From positions 27,778,001-27,842,000 of the forward strand of contig CM075987.1 of the NCBI GenBank assembly GCA_038087875.1: DNA of 64,000 nt, written 5' to 3'. Each line of letters begins with the position of its first letter. The stretch's first letter is position 1. Under the pieces are notes generated by a model. The model did not search any database, was not told where the DNA came from, and was given only the letters and a program-made list of their open reading frames with translations. The translations under genes and the position numbers were made by a program. Source of the stretch: Malacoraja senta (Eukaryota). Of the stretch, positions 26,207 through 38,030 are shown piece after piece.

Positions 26207-26791
26207 CTGGAAAAGGAAATAAAACAAAACTGTGGAACACAAAAAAATCATTCTGCAGCATAAATTACGTATTGCCACAAAGAAAGTTCACCTTGGGTAC
26301 AATGCCTTTTCAGTTATGGTCGCAGAACAGTCAGGAAGAGATAAAACATCTGTTAACAATATTATTTTTTAATAATGGTAATTATATATACATGAGATAG
26401 CTCACAGAAATAAATGGTATTCTTCTCTTCCTGCCTCTTTCAATGCATGTTGTCCATCCTGCAACTTGATCCAAAACATCACCAATTTATTTTCTCCAGA
26501 GATGCTGTCTGACCCACTGAGTTACTCCATCTTTTTGTGTCTATCTTTGGTTTAAACCAGAATCTGCAGTTCCTTCCTACACAGTATGCAGTGCTTCACA
26601 TATGGTCTCACTAAGGCAAAACCTCCTAGTTTTGTATTCAATCCCAGTTCGATTCCTTTGTGATCCTTTCTCTCTTTATACCAAATGCATGATTTCACTC
26701 TGCCCTAGTTAAATATATTATAGCAACTACCCTCACGACAGAATATAAATTCTAAGGTGTTACAGAGAACGATAGCTTCCAGTATCCAAAC

Positions 26792-26936
26792 CTGGGCTCA
26801 CAGCTAAGCCTGTCACTCCCAGTTCATGGCCAGTAAACTCCTGCAATGGTCCAGCTTTACTCTTCACGTCCCACATCAGGGCAGTTTTATCACGTGAAGC
26901 ACTGAAGATTCTATTTGATTGAAAGATGCACGTTAC
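26792..26936 (-). CDS. WDR31: WDR31 coding exon 4: VTCIFQSNRIFSASRDKTALMWDVKSKAGPLQEFTGHELGVTGLAVSP
   Basis: Matches FSASRD...MWD...GH..VTGLAVSP. CAG/GTTTGG boundaries, 145 nt, phase 0 to 1. Confidence 0.94.
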
Positions 26937-27857
26937 CTGAAATGAAACAATTTAAAATATCCACATGTAGGTCATCATTTCAATGCAGGAATGGGTTTCA
27001 AACTACCACCCATTCACTACCCACTCTTCCCCCTAATCCCCCAGTGAATAGCTGGAAATAGCCCCAGACACCTTAGAGAATATCACACTATGTGGGTGTT
27101 TCATGCACAACGTATACAGGTGCAAATGATAAGACAAACCACATGCATTAGTTTGGACCTGACCACATTCTCACCTATCATCTTCATCTCTGCAACTCCA
27201 CACCACTGTAATACAATTCCTTCAGGCCAGGTGCTCAAATCTTAACGTTGATATCTATGTTTCTCTGTACGGAGTTTGTCGTGTGTGTAGTGTGTGAGAG
27301 TAGTGTTAAAGTGCAAGGATCACTGGTCGGTGCAGACTCCGTGGGCCGAAGGGCCTGTTTCTGCGCTGTATCTCTAAACTAAACTGACTATGTGAAAGTG
27401 AAGACCACTGTTTTATAAGTTAATTCCATATAAAAGTTTACATTGAGAATCATTTCACTGCTGACAGGAGCTCAGAGCAGGAGATCAGAGGCAACTAAAA
27501 AACTTAGTCACAATTACCCACTACAAGATGACACTGGGAATTTTGTTTCAGTTCATGGTGCAAAATAGTAAATGGAAATGAAAATAGGGAAAAATGTTTA
27601 GAAGTTGGCAAAAATGCAATTCATCTTAGTCAAAATTACTCTTACCACCAATTATAATCTTCACCATACAGTTTGTTTTTGACAATCTATTAAGATTTGA
27701 ACATCAGTGTTTTGAGTTTTATAATTTGCATACATTTTTAAGAGCTTTAACCAGAACAATTTGGCTTAGTTTAGTTCAGAGATACAGAAGGAAACAGTCC
27801 CTTGGTCCACTGGGTTCATGCCGATCACTAATTCTATTCTAGACACCAGAGACAATG

Positions 27858-27993
27858 GGGGTTGGAGATTGCAACCTTCACGTGGTCCACCTTGTTTCGA
27901 CTAATACATTCCACCCAACGTGCACAAACAAAAGATCAAGTAGAACAAGTTGACTTACAACTTTAGGCTGTGCACGCCATACGCCAGAAGAAG
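27858..27993 (+). mobile_element. Short retroposon 3' end with (GAA)n tail, RTE/RTEX-like; second copy at about 40980-41117
   Basis: Two near-identical ~135 bp copies end in CCATACGC(A/C)AGAAGAAGA. This copy interrupts a V-SINE. The clade is inferred from the tail only. Confidence 0.6.
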
Positions 27994-28530
27994 ACCAGAG
28001 ACTATTTATAGAAACCAATTAACGTACAAATCTGTACGTGCTTGGGAATGTGGGAGGAAATTCACACGGTCACAGGGAGAGAACGTACAAATTCTGTACA
28101 GACACACTTGTAGTCAGGATCGAACCCGGGTGTCTGACGCTGTAAGGAAGCCACTCTACCATTGTGCCACTGGGTGTACATTTCCTGTATGGAATTTCAC
28201 AGCTAACAGAAGCAGAATCACATGTGTGCTTATGAAGGCAGCAAAAAGCTGCAGGTCAGCTTTCAGGCCTGTCCAACCTGATATGTCTTTTTACAATAAC
28301 TGGAAACGATCCAAGGTACACCAAAGTGGGAAACAGGACTGGAATAACAGATCACCATTTAATAGAGAATTGTGTTTCTCCACTCAACACAGGTTTGAAC
28401 TCAACACAGGTTTTTGTGTTGAGTTTGAACAACTCAACCCCCTCTGAACGTACAGCACTCTGCTCACTCAGCAACATCCCAACTGTCCGTGCAACATCAA
28501 CCATCTTGACTTCTCCACTCCTGGTAATCC

Positions 28531-28828
28531 CGGGCAGCACGTGGCACAGTGGTAGAGTTGTTGCCTTACACCGCCAGAGACCCAGGTTCAATCCTGACAA
28601 TGGGTGCTGCTGTAAGGAGTTTGTACATTCTCCCCATGACCGCATGGGTTTTCTCCGGCTTCCTCCCACTCTTCAAAGATGTATAGGTCTATAGGTTAAA
28701 TGGCCTTGTTATAATTGTAAAGAATTGTTCCTAGTGTGTAGGATAGTGCTAGTGTATGATGATAGCTGGTCGGCGCGGACTCAGTGGACCAAAGAGCCAA
28801 TCTCTGCCGTGTATCTCTAAACTAAACT
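28531..28828 (+). mobile_element. tRNA-derived V-SINE (HE1-like)
   Basis: Same head, V-domain and CTAAACTAAAC tail as the copy at 22561-22845. Confidence 0.85.
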
Positions 28829-29165
28829 CCTATCTCACCCCCTCTAAATGCACAGCCCTCCTCTCACTCAGCAGCAGGTGAAAATGGGTCGCAACCCGAA
28901 ATATCATCTATCCATGTTCTGATGCTCCAGCATTTCATGTCTTTCCTTGGTAAACCAGCATTTGCAGTTCCTTGGTTCTACATCATTTTGAGAACCATAC
29001 ATCAGAACAAAATACATAATGAAACCTCTGCACCAATCTATTACCAATGAGCAAGTTAAATCCTGGACATTAAAACCTAGCCTGAGATAATAGTTTGTGG
29101 CAGACCTCCAGTTCTCTACTTGTGCATCAAGATTAGTTAGAACACTGCCAATAAATTATTCTTAC

Positions 29166-29240
29166 CTTGGTGACATCACGTTCATGCCCCAGGAATTTTT
29201 GCTGCACACCACCAGACTTCCAGTTATATATGACCACTGT
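29166..29240 (-). CDS. WDR31: WDR31 coding exon 3: TVVIYNWKSGGVQQKFLGHERDVTK
   Basis: Matches TVVAYNWKTG...FKGHEHEITK. TAG/GTAAGA boundaries, 75 nt, phase 0 to 0. Confidence 0.94.
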
Positions 29241-29718
29241 CTATAAAACAGAAAGGTGAGAACATCTCCAGTGACTCCACTATGGAACTAAATTAGTACT
29301 TGAATATCTGCAAATACTTGCACATGTACAATGCAGCTGCCATAACAGTGATACTGTTGGAAAATCCATGTAAAACATGAAATAACACAAAAAGCTGGTT
29401 TAACCCAGCGGGACAGGCAGCATCTCTGGAGAGATGAAATGGGTGACGTTTTATATACGTTTTATAAGATCACCCCTTAGCTTCCTGCACTCCAAGAAAT
29501 AAAGTCCTAGCCTGCTCATCCTCTCCCTGGAGCTCAGGTCCTCGAGTCCCAGCAACGTCCTTATAGATCCTCTGTTCTCTTTCGAGCATAATGACATATT
29601 TCCCACAGTCTGATGTAATACCACAAATCTATCACAATACTGGTGCACAATGGTGTAAAATGGTGATGCTAAAATTCTTTCTCTCCAATTCTTTCCTCTT
29701 GGAAGATAAAAGTCTCAC

Positions 29719-29848
29719 CTTGTCCTTTCCACCAGACACGCATTGTTCAGATGTGAGGGAGGTTATCGATGTCACGGCATCATTATGTGCCGGGCTGTAT
29801 TGTTGCACACTTTGTGTGGAGGAACTGTGGCCTGCAAGCCCATCAATC
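29719..29848 (-). CDS. WDR31: WDR31 coding exon 2: IDGLAGHSSSTQSVQQYSPAHNDAVTSITSLTSEQCVSGGKDK
   Basis: Matches QEYSPAH.D.V......CVSGGKDK. CAG/GTGAGA boundaries, 130 nt, phase 2 to 0. Confidence 0.94.
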
Positions 29849-29960
29849 CTGGAAAAAAATACAACAATTCTAGTAGAAAGCAAATGGCTTGTAACTGCAG
29901 AGTGATGATAGATTTGTTAATTGTTGTTTAAGCTCAGTGGTCTCTGAACTCTCACCGTAC

Positions 29961-30007
29961 CTGTATCGTGATATGTTGCGTTTCTGCTTACTTTGCAGTT
30001 TCCCCAT
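29961..30007 (-). CDS. WDR31: WDR31 coding exon 1: MGKLQSKQKRNISRYR (exon probably starts at 30121 with 5' UTR)
   Basis: Kozak GCCATGG; matches MGKQQSKLKHSTYKY. The AG/GTACGG donor is phase 2 and fits the next exon. A CTCATAG acceptor ends at 30122. Confidence 0.88.
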
Positions 30008-30989
30008 GGCAACAAAGCATCAACTGGAATCATCTGTTAGTCAGGTGGATGGCTTACTTGTCGACATAGCATCAGCTGTAGTTAACCGCACTTTTCATAG
30101 ATACATAGTGATGCTCAGACCCTATGAGAAGAGATAATCATATCGAGCAAAAAAATCACATGGAAGAACCAATTAAGTGAAAGTTTTAAAGTTGTAATTT
30201 CAAAAGGGATAGGAGTAGAATTTGGCCATTTGGCCCATCAAGTCTACTCTGCCATTTGATACATAGTGGGCAGTCAGCATTCAAAAATATTTTGATCAAT
30301 ATTTTGCTTCCACATGTTTGCGCTTATAAGAGCCGGTAAAAATGTCATAACTAGGTGTCGGAGATATATTAAAGGGAGGGAACATTTAATTGAACTATCC
30401 CATAACTCATACACAGTTCAACCTGGACAATCCTGTATCTGAACATTCAGAAATCCCAATAGTTGGGTATTATTGTTCACCAGGTTATGTGTTCCCTTCC
30501 TACTCACCAGGGCACCGCTCCCATGTTCATAAGTGATAAGAGCAGAATTAAGCTCAATTATCCCATCAATTATCGCTGATCCATCTTCCCCTCTTTTTTT
30601 TTACTTTTTTTTTTTTTTAATTTTTTATTTATTAGAAGTACATTACATTAGAAACATAGAAACATAGAAACATAGAAAGTAGGTGCGAGAGCAGACCACC
30701 AGGTCCATCGAGCCCGCACCGCCATTCGCTCATGGCTGAACGCCAAACAAACACCCCTACCCACAAACAGTAGACACAAGACACAGAACACAAGACACTA
30801 CCCTCCCCTTTATACCGCTATCACCCCTCTCCACCCCAAGAACCGCGTGATCTCCTGGGGGAGGCAAAAAAACGGATAAAAACCCAGGTCCAATTCGGGA
30901 AAAAAATCCGGGAAATTCCTCTCCGACCCCAATCCAGGCGATCGACACTTGTCCAGGAGATCACTCAGGTCTTACTATACTAACCCTAC

Positions 30990-33950
30990 CTAGGTCCATA
31001 TCCCTGCCCTCTCCCCGTAGCCCCTTATCCCCTTGGCAGCTAAAAAACCATCTATTTTAGACTTAAATATATTTAATGTTTCTGCTTCCACTGCTCCCTG
31101 GGGCAGTGAATTCCATAAATTAACCACCCTCTGGGTGAAGAAGTTCTTCCTCATCTCAGTTTTAAAAGAGCCCCCCCTTATTCTGCAACTATGTCCCCTA
31201 GTTCTAGTTTCCCCGATCATTGGGAACATCCTCGGTGCATCCACCCGATCAAGGCCCCTCACGATCTTATATGTTTCAATGAGATCGCCTCTCATTCTTC
31301 TAAACTCCAAAGAGTAGAGTTCCAGCCTACTTAACCTTTCCTCATATGTCAATCCCCTCATTGCAGGAATTAATCTTGTAAACCTTCGCTGCACTGCCTC
31401 CAGGGCCAGTACATCCTTTCTTAAGTATGGACCCCAGAACTGTACACAGTATTCCAAATGTGGTCTCACTAATACTGTGTACAGCTGTAGCAAGACCTCC
31501 GTGTTTTTATACTCAATCCCCCTAGCAATAAAGGCCAAAACTCCATTGGCCTTCCTGATAGCTTGCTGCACCTGCATACTAACTTTTAGTGATTCATGTA
31601 CTACTACCCCTAGATCCCTTTGCGTTGCATTACAGCGCAGCTCCTCCTCATTTAGAAAATAACTTGCCCTATCATTTTTTTTCCCAAAGTGAATGACTTC
31701 ACATTTATTAGTATTAAATTTCATCTGCCAAGTTGTTGCCCACTCACCTAGCTTATCTATATCCTTTTGCAGACTCTTCCTATCCTCCTCATCCCCTACT
31801 TTTCTTCCCATTTTTGTATCGTCCGCAAATTTTGATATATTACACTTGGTTCCCTCCTCCAAATCATTTATATAAATTGTGAACAACTGGGGTCCCAGCA
31901 CCGACCCTTGCGGAACCCCGCTAGTTACCGGTTGCCATCCCGAATATGAACCATTTATCCCCACTCTCTGCTTCCTATTTGTTAGCCAATCCTCTACCCA
32001 TGCTAATATATTACCCCCAATCCCATAATTTTTTATTTTTAGCAATAGTCTCTTATGTGGCACCTTGTCAAAAGCCTTTTGGAAGTCCAAGTATACCACA
32101 TCCACCGGTTCCCCTTTATCCACCCGGGTTGTTACTTCCTCAAAGAATTCGAGCAGATTCGTTAAACAGGACTTCCCCTTCACAAAACCATGCTGGTTCT
32201 GTCCGATGAAGTCATGTCCATCCAAGTGCCCCGTTAGTGTTTCTTTAATAATTGTCTCTAACATTTTACCCACCACCGATGTTAGACTAACCGGTCTATA
32301 GTTACCCGCCTTCTGTTTACTTCCTTTTTTAAATATAGGTGTTACATTGGCCATTTTCCAATCCACTGGGACCGTTCCTGCCTCCAGGGAGTTTTGGAAA
32401 ATTATCACCAATGTATCCACAATCCCCACCGCTATCTCCCTCAAGACCCTTGGATGTAATCCATCAGGCCCAGGGGATTTATCCTCCTTCAGTCTCATTA
32501 ATTTCCCTAATACCACCTCCTTGGTGATCTTAATAGTATTTAGCTCCTCCATTCCTACCGCCCCCTGTTTATCCAGCGTTGGAATATTTTTTGTGTCTTC
32601 TATGGTGAAGACTGATACAAAATACTCGTTTAATGCCTTTGCCATTTCCATGTTCCCCACCAACAACTCTCCAGTCTCACCCTCCAATGGACCAACGTTC
32701 ACCTTAGCCACCCTTTTTCTTTTTATATAGCTATAAAAACTCTTACTATTAGTTTTTATGTTGTTCGCTAAATTCCTTTCATAGTCTATTTTCCCCGTCT
32801 TAATTAATCTCTTAGTTATTTTTTGCTGACCTTTAAATGCTTCCCAATCCTCTACCCTCCCACTATCTCTGGCTACCTTATATGCCCTTGCCTTCAGCCG
32901 AATACTATCCTTTATAGTTTTACTGAGCCATGGCTGACTGTTCTTACCCTTACCCCTTTTTTTCTTCATAGGAATACATTTTTCTTGAAGGTTATACAGT
33001 AGATCCTTAAACGTACACCACTGCTCATGTACCGTCTTATTCTTGAGTCTGCTATCCCAGTCAACTTTGATCAGCTCAGTCCTCATACCTTCATAATCCC
33101 CCTTATTTAGACTAAGTACCCTAGCCTGAGTTTCAACCTGCTCCCCTTCTATTTGAATATGGAATTCGACCATATTGTGGTCACTTGTTCCCAACGAGTC
33201 CCTAACTATGACATTTTTAATTAATCCTGCTTCATTACACAGGACCAGATCCAAGATTGCCTCCCCCCTTGTCGGTTCTGTGACATACTGTTCTAGGAAC
33301 CCGTCTCTAATACATTCTATAAACTCTTCCTCTAGTTTACCCTGCCCAGTTTGGTTTGCCCAATTAATATGAAAATTGAAGTCCCCCATGATTACAGCAG
33401 TTCCCTTTTTACATGCGTCAACTATTTGCAGATTTATGTTCTGACTAACAGCGTCACAGCTATTAGGAGGTCTATAAATTACACCCACTAGTGTTTTTTT
33501 CCCCTTGTTATTCTCTATCTGTACCCAAGCTGTTTCACTATCCTGATCCTTCAACGCAATATCCTTCCTCTCTATTGCCGTTATTCCCTCCCTTATTAAA
33601 AGGGCCACCCCTCCTCCCTTTCTTTCCTGTCTATTTTTTCTAATTGTCGAGTACCCCTCTATATTTAACTCCCAGTCCTGATCCCCTTGCAGCCATGTCT
33701 CCGTAATGGCCACGATATCATAACTATATATACTTAATTGCACCGTTAATTCATTTATCTTATTTCGAATACTCCGTGCATTTAGATACAGCACTTTCAG
33801 ATGATTTTTACTACCCTTCCTTTCTGTTTTTGCCTCTTTTACATCTAGAGCTTTATCTTCACACATTCTGGATCCTCCTGTCACATTGTGATTTTCCGTT
33901 TCCCCACTGATACCCTGCTCTAATTCCTCTACCCCTGCCGTTATTACCAC
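30990..33950 (-). CDS. CR1 ORF2: APE endonuclease plus reverse transcriptase (986 aa open frame; true start uncertain)
   Basis: Endonuclease motifs YLNARSI, ITETWL, YRPP, GDFN, SDH. RT motifs NYRPVSLTS, DFQKAFD, GVPQGSVLGP, FADD. Confidence 0.97.
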   Translation of the reverse strand: MVITAGVEELEQGISGETENHNVTGGSRMCEDKALDVKEAKTERKGSKNHLKVLYLNARSIRNKINELTVQLSIYSYDIVAITETWLQGDQDWELNIEGYSTIRKNRQERKGGGVALLIREGITAIERKDIALKDQDSETAWVQIENNKGKKTLVGVIYRPPNSCDAVSQNINLQIVDACKKGTAVIMGDFNFHINWANQTGQGKLEEEFIECIRDGFLEQYVTEPTRGEAILDLVLCNEAGLIKNVIVRDSLGTSDHNMVEFHIQIEGEQVETQARVLSLNKGDYEGMRTELIKVDWDSRLKNKTVHEQWCTFKDLLYNLQEKCIPMKKKRGKGKNSQPWLSKTIKDSIRLKARAYKVARDSGRVEDWEAFKGQQKITKRLIKTGKIDYERNLANNIKTNSKSFYSYIKRKRVAKVNVGPLEGETGELLVGNMEMAKALNEYFVSVFTIEDTKNIPTLDKQGAVGMEELNTIKITKEVVLGKLMRLKEDKSPGPDGLHPRVLREIAVGIVDTLVIIFQNSLEAGTVPVDWKMANVTPIFKKGSKQKAGNYRPVSLTSVVGKMLETIIKETLTGHLDGHDFIGQNQHGFVKGKSCLTNLLEFFEEVTTRVDKGEPVDVVYLDFQKAFDKVPHKRLLLKIKNYGIGGNILAWVEDWLTNRKQRVGINGSYSGWQPVTSGVPQGSVLGPQLFTIYINDLEEGTKCNISKFADDTKMGRKVGDEEDRKSLQKDIDKLGEWATTWQMKFNTNKCEVIHFGKKNDRASYFLNEEELRCNATQRDLGVVVHESLKVSMQVQQAIRKANGVLAFIARGIEYKNTEVLLQLYTVLVRPHLEYCVQFWGPYLRKDVLALEAVQRRFTRLIPAMRGLTYEERLSRLELYSLEFRRMRGDLIETYKIVRGLDRVDAPRMFPMIGETRTRGHSCRIRGGSFKTEMRKNFFTQRVVNLWNSLPQGAVEAETLNIFKSKIDGFLAAKGIRGYGERAGIWT

Positions 33951-33973
33951 CCTTGATACCTCCCCCTCGCTAC

Positions 33974-34936
33974 TTAGTTTAAAGACCTCTCTACTGCCCT
34001 AGTTATATGATTTGCCAGGACCCCAGTCCCAGCACCGTTCAGGTGAAGTCCGTCCTTACAGAACAGATCCCCCCTGTCCCAGTACTGGTGCCAGTGGCCC
34101 AAGAAACCAAACCCATTTTTCCCACACCAGTCTTTGAGCCACGCATTCAGCTTTTTAATTTTACGTACTCTCGCCGATTTGGCCCGTGGCTCAGGTAGCA
34201 ATCCGGAGAACAGTACCCTCGAGGTTCTGCTTTTTAATTTATTCCCTAACTGCTCAAACTCCTTCAGCAGATCCTCCTTCCTCGTCCTTCCTATGTCATT
34301 GGTCCCCACATGGACCACGACCACTGGATCCTCCCCCTCCCTCTGCAAATTTCTCTCCAGCATCGCAGAGATATCCTTAACCCTAGCACCGGGTAGGCAA
34401 CACAGCCTTCGGGACATGTTCTGCTGGCCGCAGAGAACCTTATCTACCCCCCGAATAATACTATCCCCTATCACAACGGCATTTCTTCTAACTCCCCCCT
34501 CTTGAATGTCCCCCTGATCCACGGTGCTGCAGCCAGGTTGCTCATCCCTCCCACAGCCCCTGATCCCGTCCTCACATTGAGTAAGAGCCTCGGTCATGCT
34601 CGTCAGGAACAAGGGCTGTGGCTCCTGCCGCATCTCCTCCTGGTTCCCCCTACCTGCCTCGCTTATGGCCACACCTTCCTTTCCTTGCTCACTCACTACT
34701 GAATTAGTTAAACTGGTCGGTGTGACCATCCCCTGGCACAAAACATCCAGGTAATACTCCCCCTCCCTGATGTACCGCAGCGTATGAAGTTGGGTCTCCA
34801 GCTCGTCAACTCGGAGCTCGAGTTCCGCTAGCCTCAAACACTTACTGCAGCTGTAGGGATCATCCACACCATCTACATCAATGGTGTCGACAAATTCCCA
34901 CATCTCACAGTATTGGCACATCTCCTGGCCGCCCAT
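33974..34936 (-). CDS. CR1 ORF1: CxxC..CxxC zinc finger, leucine zipper, SGNH esterase (320 aa)
   Basis: CQYC...CSKC; LAELELRVDELETQL heptads; GDS, GTND and DGLH esterase blocks. Confidence 0.95.
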   Translation of the reverse strand: MGGQEMCQYCEMWEFVDTIDVDGVDDPYSCSKCLRLAELELRVDELETQLHTLRYIREGEYYLDVLCQGMVTPTSLTNSVVSEQGKEGVAISEAGRGNQEEMRQEPQPLFLTSMTEALTQCEDGIRGCGRDEQPGCSTVDQGDIQEGGVRRNAVVIGDSIIRGVDKVLCGQQNMSRRLCCLPGARVKDISAMLERNLQREGEDPVVVVHVGTNDIGRTRKEDLLKEFEQLGNKLKSRTSRVLFSGLLPEPRAKSARVRKIKKLNAWLKDWCGKNGFGFLGHWHQYWDRGDLFCKDGLHLNGAGTGVLANHITRAVERSLN

Positions 34937-36895
34937 CTTATATAAGTAAATAACTGGTCCTATTTAAGAATCCCCTACCCGGATTACTATATTGATACAC
35001 CCCTTATTTATATAATCCTACCTCCTATTGATACACCCCTTATTTATATAATCCTACCTCCTATAAATGGGAAAGTACTCACCCCAGCCGTAAATTACCT
35101 ACTGGTTTGGCTGTCAAGTAGTAATTCCGTCCGCTCTTCCTGTCTTTCAACTGTTTTCCCCCCTCTGACTCACTTCTCTCCTCCCACTCGGGCTAGAGCC
35201 AATCAGTCGTATCTCTTGCTAAACTCCTACTGCTGTTTCTCCCAAATCTACAGCAGTTACAACCACATACATTAGTACTCGTCACTTATGTCTTCTTACA
35301 ATTAATGTACTCCATTTATTTTTTACACTAGAAAAGGAAAAGATTGAAAGAAAGAAGAAAGTGAAGGAAAAAGTGAGAGTGTAGAAAATGTGACAACAAA
35401 AAAGGACGAAGACCCTATAAGAACAAAATTAAAAACAAAAGAAAAAGAGTTAAGAAATAGACCCTAGAAAAGAAAGAGAAAGAGAAAGAGGAAAAAGAGA
35501 GAAACAAATATTTTTATGAGCATTACGCAAATGGGACATACCAACTCTTAACCCCATTCTCCTCATAACCCCTGACACCCATGCTAATCAAGAATCTATC
35601 TATCGCTGCCTTAAAAATATCCACTGACTGGGCCTTCACAACATTCTGTGAAGACACAATGAATTCATCACCCTCTGACATTTAGGGCCTGGCTTCCCAC
35701 ATGCCCATCCACCTATTGGAGCTAGTGTTCCTGCACTCGCATTAAATTTACTGGGACACCACTTCCCTGGCTCTCATCAAACTGAGCAGGGTCCACCTAC
35801 CCATGCTCCCTTTAAACTTACCTAGTTACAATGAAATGTATTACAACATAATGTATTATTTGCAAAAAAAAAGTTAAAATGGGTGAGTGTAATAATAGAA
35901 ATAGATCCACTAGTGTGGAGAATCTGCTAGCCCAGCACTGCCAAAATCCTGATCATGTGGATTATTGGATTAGGTCACAAAATGGTGGAGTACCTATCAC
36001 CTATCCATGTTCTCCAGAGATGCTGCCTGACCTACTGAGTTACTCCAGTATTTTGTGTCCCTTTGTGTATTAACCTGCATCTGCAGTTCTTTGTTTCCAC
36101 TATTGGACTAGGTGTTGAGAATTTGTAACATATTGCAGAATCAAGACTGTGTGGAGTGCTGTTAAATTAGTTGAGCCTTATTTATTTAATTAATCCAGAA
36201 ACATAAAACTCAGCCACATATGGGTGCAAATTTGATGTAATGTGCCAATATCCTGATAATGCTTTTACATAGGGAGTGAAATTGGCTGATGAACTCTCTT
36301 GTGCAAAAAACACAAAGTTGGAGAGTAACTCCAGAATATATAAACTCTATAAATATAAAACCTCTATATATTTTCAGGACCACAAGAGGGAGATTGTACA
36401 GAAATTTCACAATCTGAAGTAAGGAAAGCATGGTAATTTTAACATTATATTTTCCATGAACTGTATTTGGAGACTAGTGCAAGTTTATTAGGCTGAAGAA
36501 GTAATTGAGTGTGCACTCAGATGCTGGGTTTTGCTTTCAGACTGATGAACTGTGGGAGAATGTCAACAAAAGCAAGTCTTTTGCTTTCTAAGAAATGTGT
36601 GTCATTACAAACCCAATTTACATGGACCAACATCATGTTCAGTGTGTTGTGTTGGGACTGCTCACTGGCTAAATGATGATGGACAATCTCAAAGACATAC
36701 CTGATCTGAGATCTGCGGCCACTTGGTCAAACACATGACCCCATTGAGCTCTCATCTTGCATAGCAATGCTCAAGGCTGTTTACTCTGTTCATGGTCAAC
36801 ATGGGCTGCGTCCTGTTTATGTATTTATTTCCTCTCGAATAATTGCTTCATTCCAATCCCTGTCACCTCTCCAGTCTCCACTCTATTTTTCCACA

Positions 36896-37913
36896 TGCAT
36901 TTACCTTTCCCCCCCTCTCTGCATTCACCTGTCCCCCTCTCTGCATTTACCTGTCCCCCTCTCTGCATTTACCTGTGCTCCCTCTCTGCATTTACCTGTC
37001 CCCCTCTCTGCATTTACCTGTGCTCCCTCTCTGCATTCACCTGTCCCCCTCTCTGCATTTACCTGTCCCCCTCTCTGCATTTACCTGTGCTCCCTCTCTG
37101 CATTTACCTGTGCTCCCTCTCTGCATTTACCTGTGCTCCCTCTCTGCATTTACCTGTGCTCCCTCTCTGCATTCACCTTTGTCCCCCTCTCTGCATTCAC
37201 CTATCCCCCCTCTCTGCATTTACCTGTGCTCCCTCTCTGCATTTACCTGTGCTCCCTCTCTGCATTTACCTGTGCTCCCTCTCTGCATTCACCTGTCCCC
37301 TCTCTGCATTTACCTGTGCTCCCTCTCTGCATTTACCTGTGCTCCCTCTCTGCATTTACCTGTGCTCCCTCTCTGCATTTACCTGTGCTCCCTCTCTGCA
37401 TTCACCTGTCCCCTCTCTGCATTTACCTGTGCTCCCTCTCTGCATTCACCTTTGTCCCCCTCTCTGCATTTACCTGTGCTCCCTCTGTGCGTTCACCTGT
37501 CCCCCTCTCTGCATTTACCTGTCCCCTCTCTGCATTTACCTGTGCTCCCTCTCTGTATTCACCTTTGTCCCCCTCTCTGCATTCACCTGTCCCCTCTCTG
37601 CATTTACCTGTGCTCCCTCTCTGCATTTACCTGTGCTCCCTCTCTGCATTCACCTGTCCCCCTCTCTGCATTTACCTGTGCTCCCTCTCTGCATTTACCT
37701 GTGCTCCCTCTCTGCATTTACCTGTGCTCCCTCTCTGCATTTACCTGTCTCCCTCTCTGCATTTACCTGTCTCCCTCTCTGCATTTACCTGTGCTCCCTC
37801 TCTGCATTTACCTGTGCTCCCTCTCTGCATTTACCTGTGCTCCCTCTCTGCATTTACCTGTCTCCCTCTCTGCATTTACCTGTCTCCCTCTCTGCATTTA
37901 CCTGTGCTCCCTC
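36896..37913. repeat. ~1 kb minisatellite with 21-23 bp units (TGCATTTACCTGTGCTCCCTCTC), about 45 copies
   Basis: Read directly from the sequence; it accounts for the three ~400 aa low-complexity ORFs. Confidence 0.98.
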
Positions 37914-37923
37914 TTGCTCGCAC

Positions 37924-38030
37924 CTGGCAACGCCGCTCCGGTATCCAAGGGGGTCCCTCCCTCTAACCTGTCCCACTCCGCTGCTTCCGGTGCGTCAGTC
38001 TATCTCCTCCCCACCGCGCCCAGGTGGGAG
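37924..38030 (-). promoter_or_regulatory. Candidate WDR31 promoter and non-coding first exon
   Basis: Small CpG cluster with minus-strand TGACG (37993-37997), ETS-type CCGGAAG (37984-37990), an RFX half-site GTTGCC, and a CCAG/GTGCGA donor at 37924/37923. Confidence 0.55.

Larger units (their letters stand above)
30648..35256 (-). mobile_element. Full-length CR1 LINE (4609 bp) with two intact ORFs, (TTTCTATG)n 3' tail and 5-bp TSD TTACA
   Basis: TTACA at 30643-30647 and 35257-35261. The empty-site sequence AGAAGTACATTACAACCACAT is present in the sister host element near 48700. Confidence 0.96.

Noticed and set aside
31033..34702. Plus-strand ORFs within the CR1
   Set aside because: They are antisense shadows of ORF1 and ORF2.
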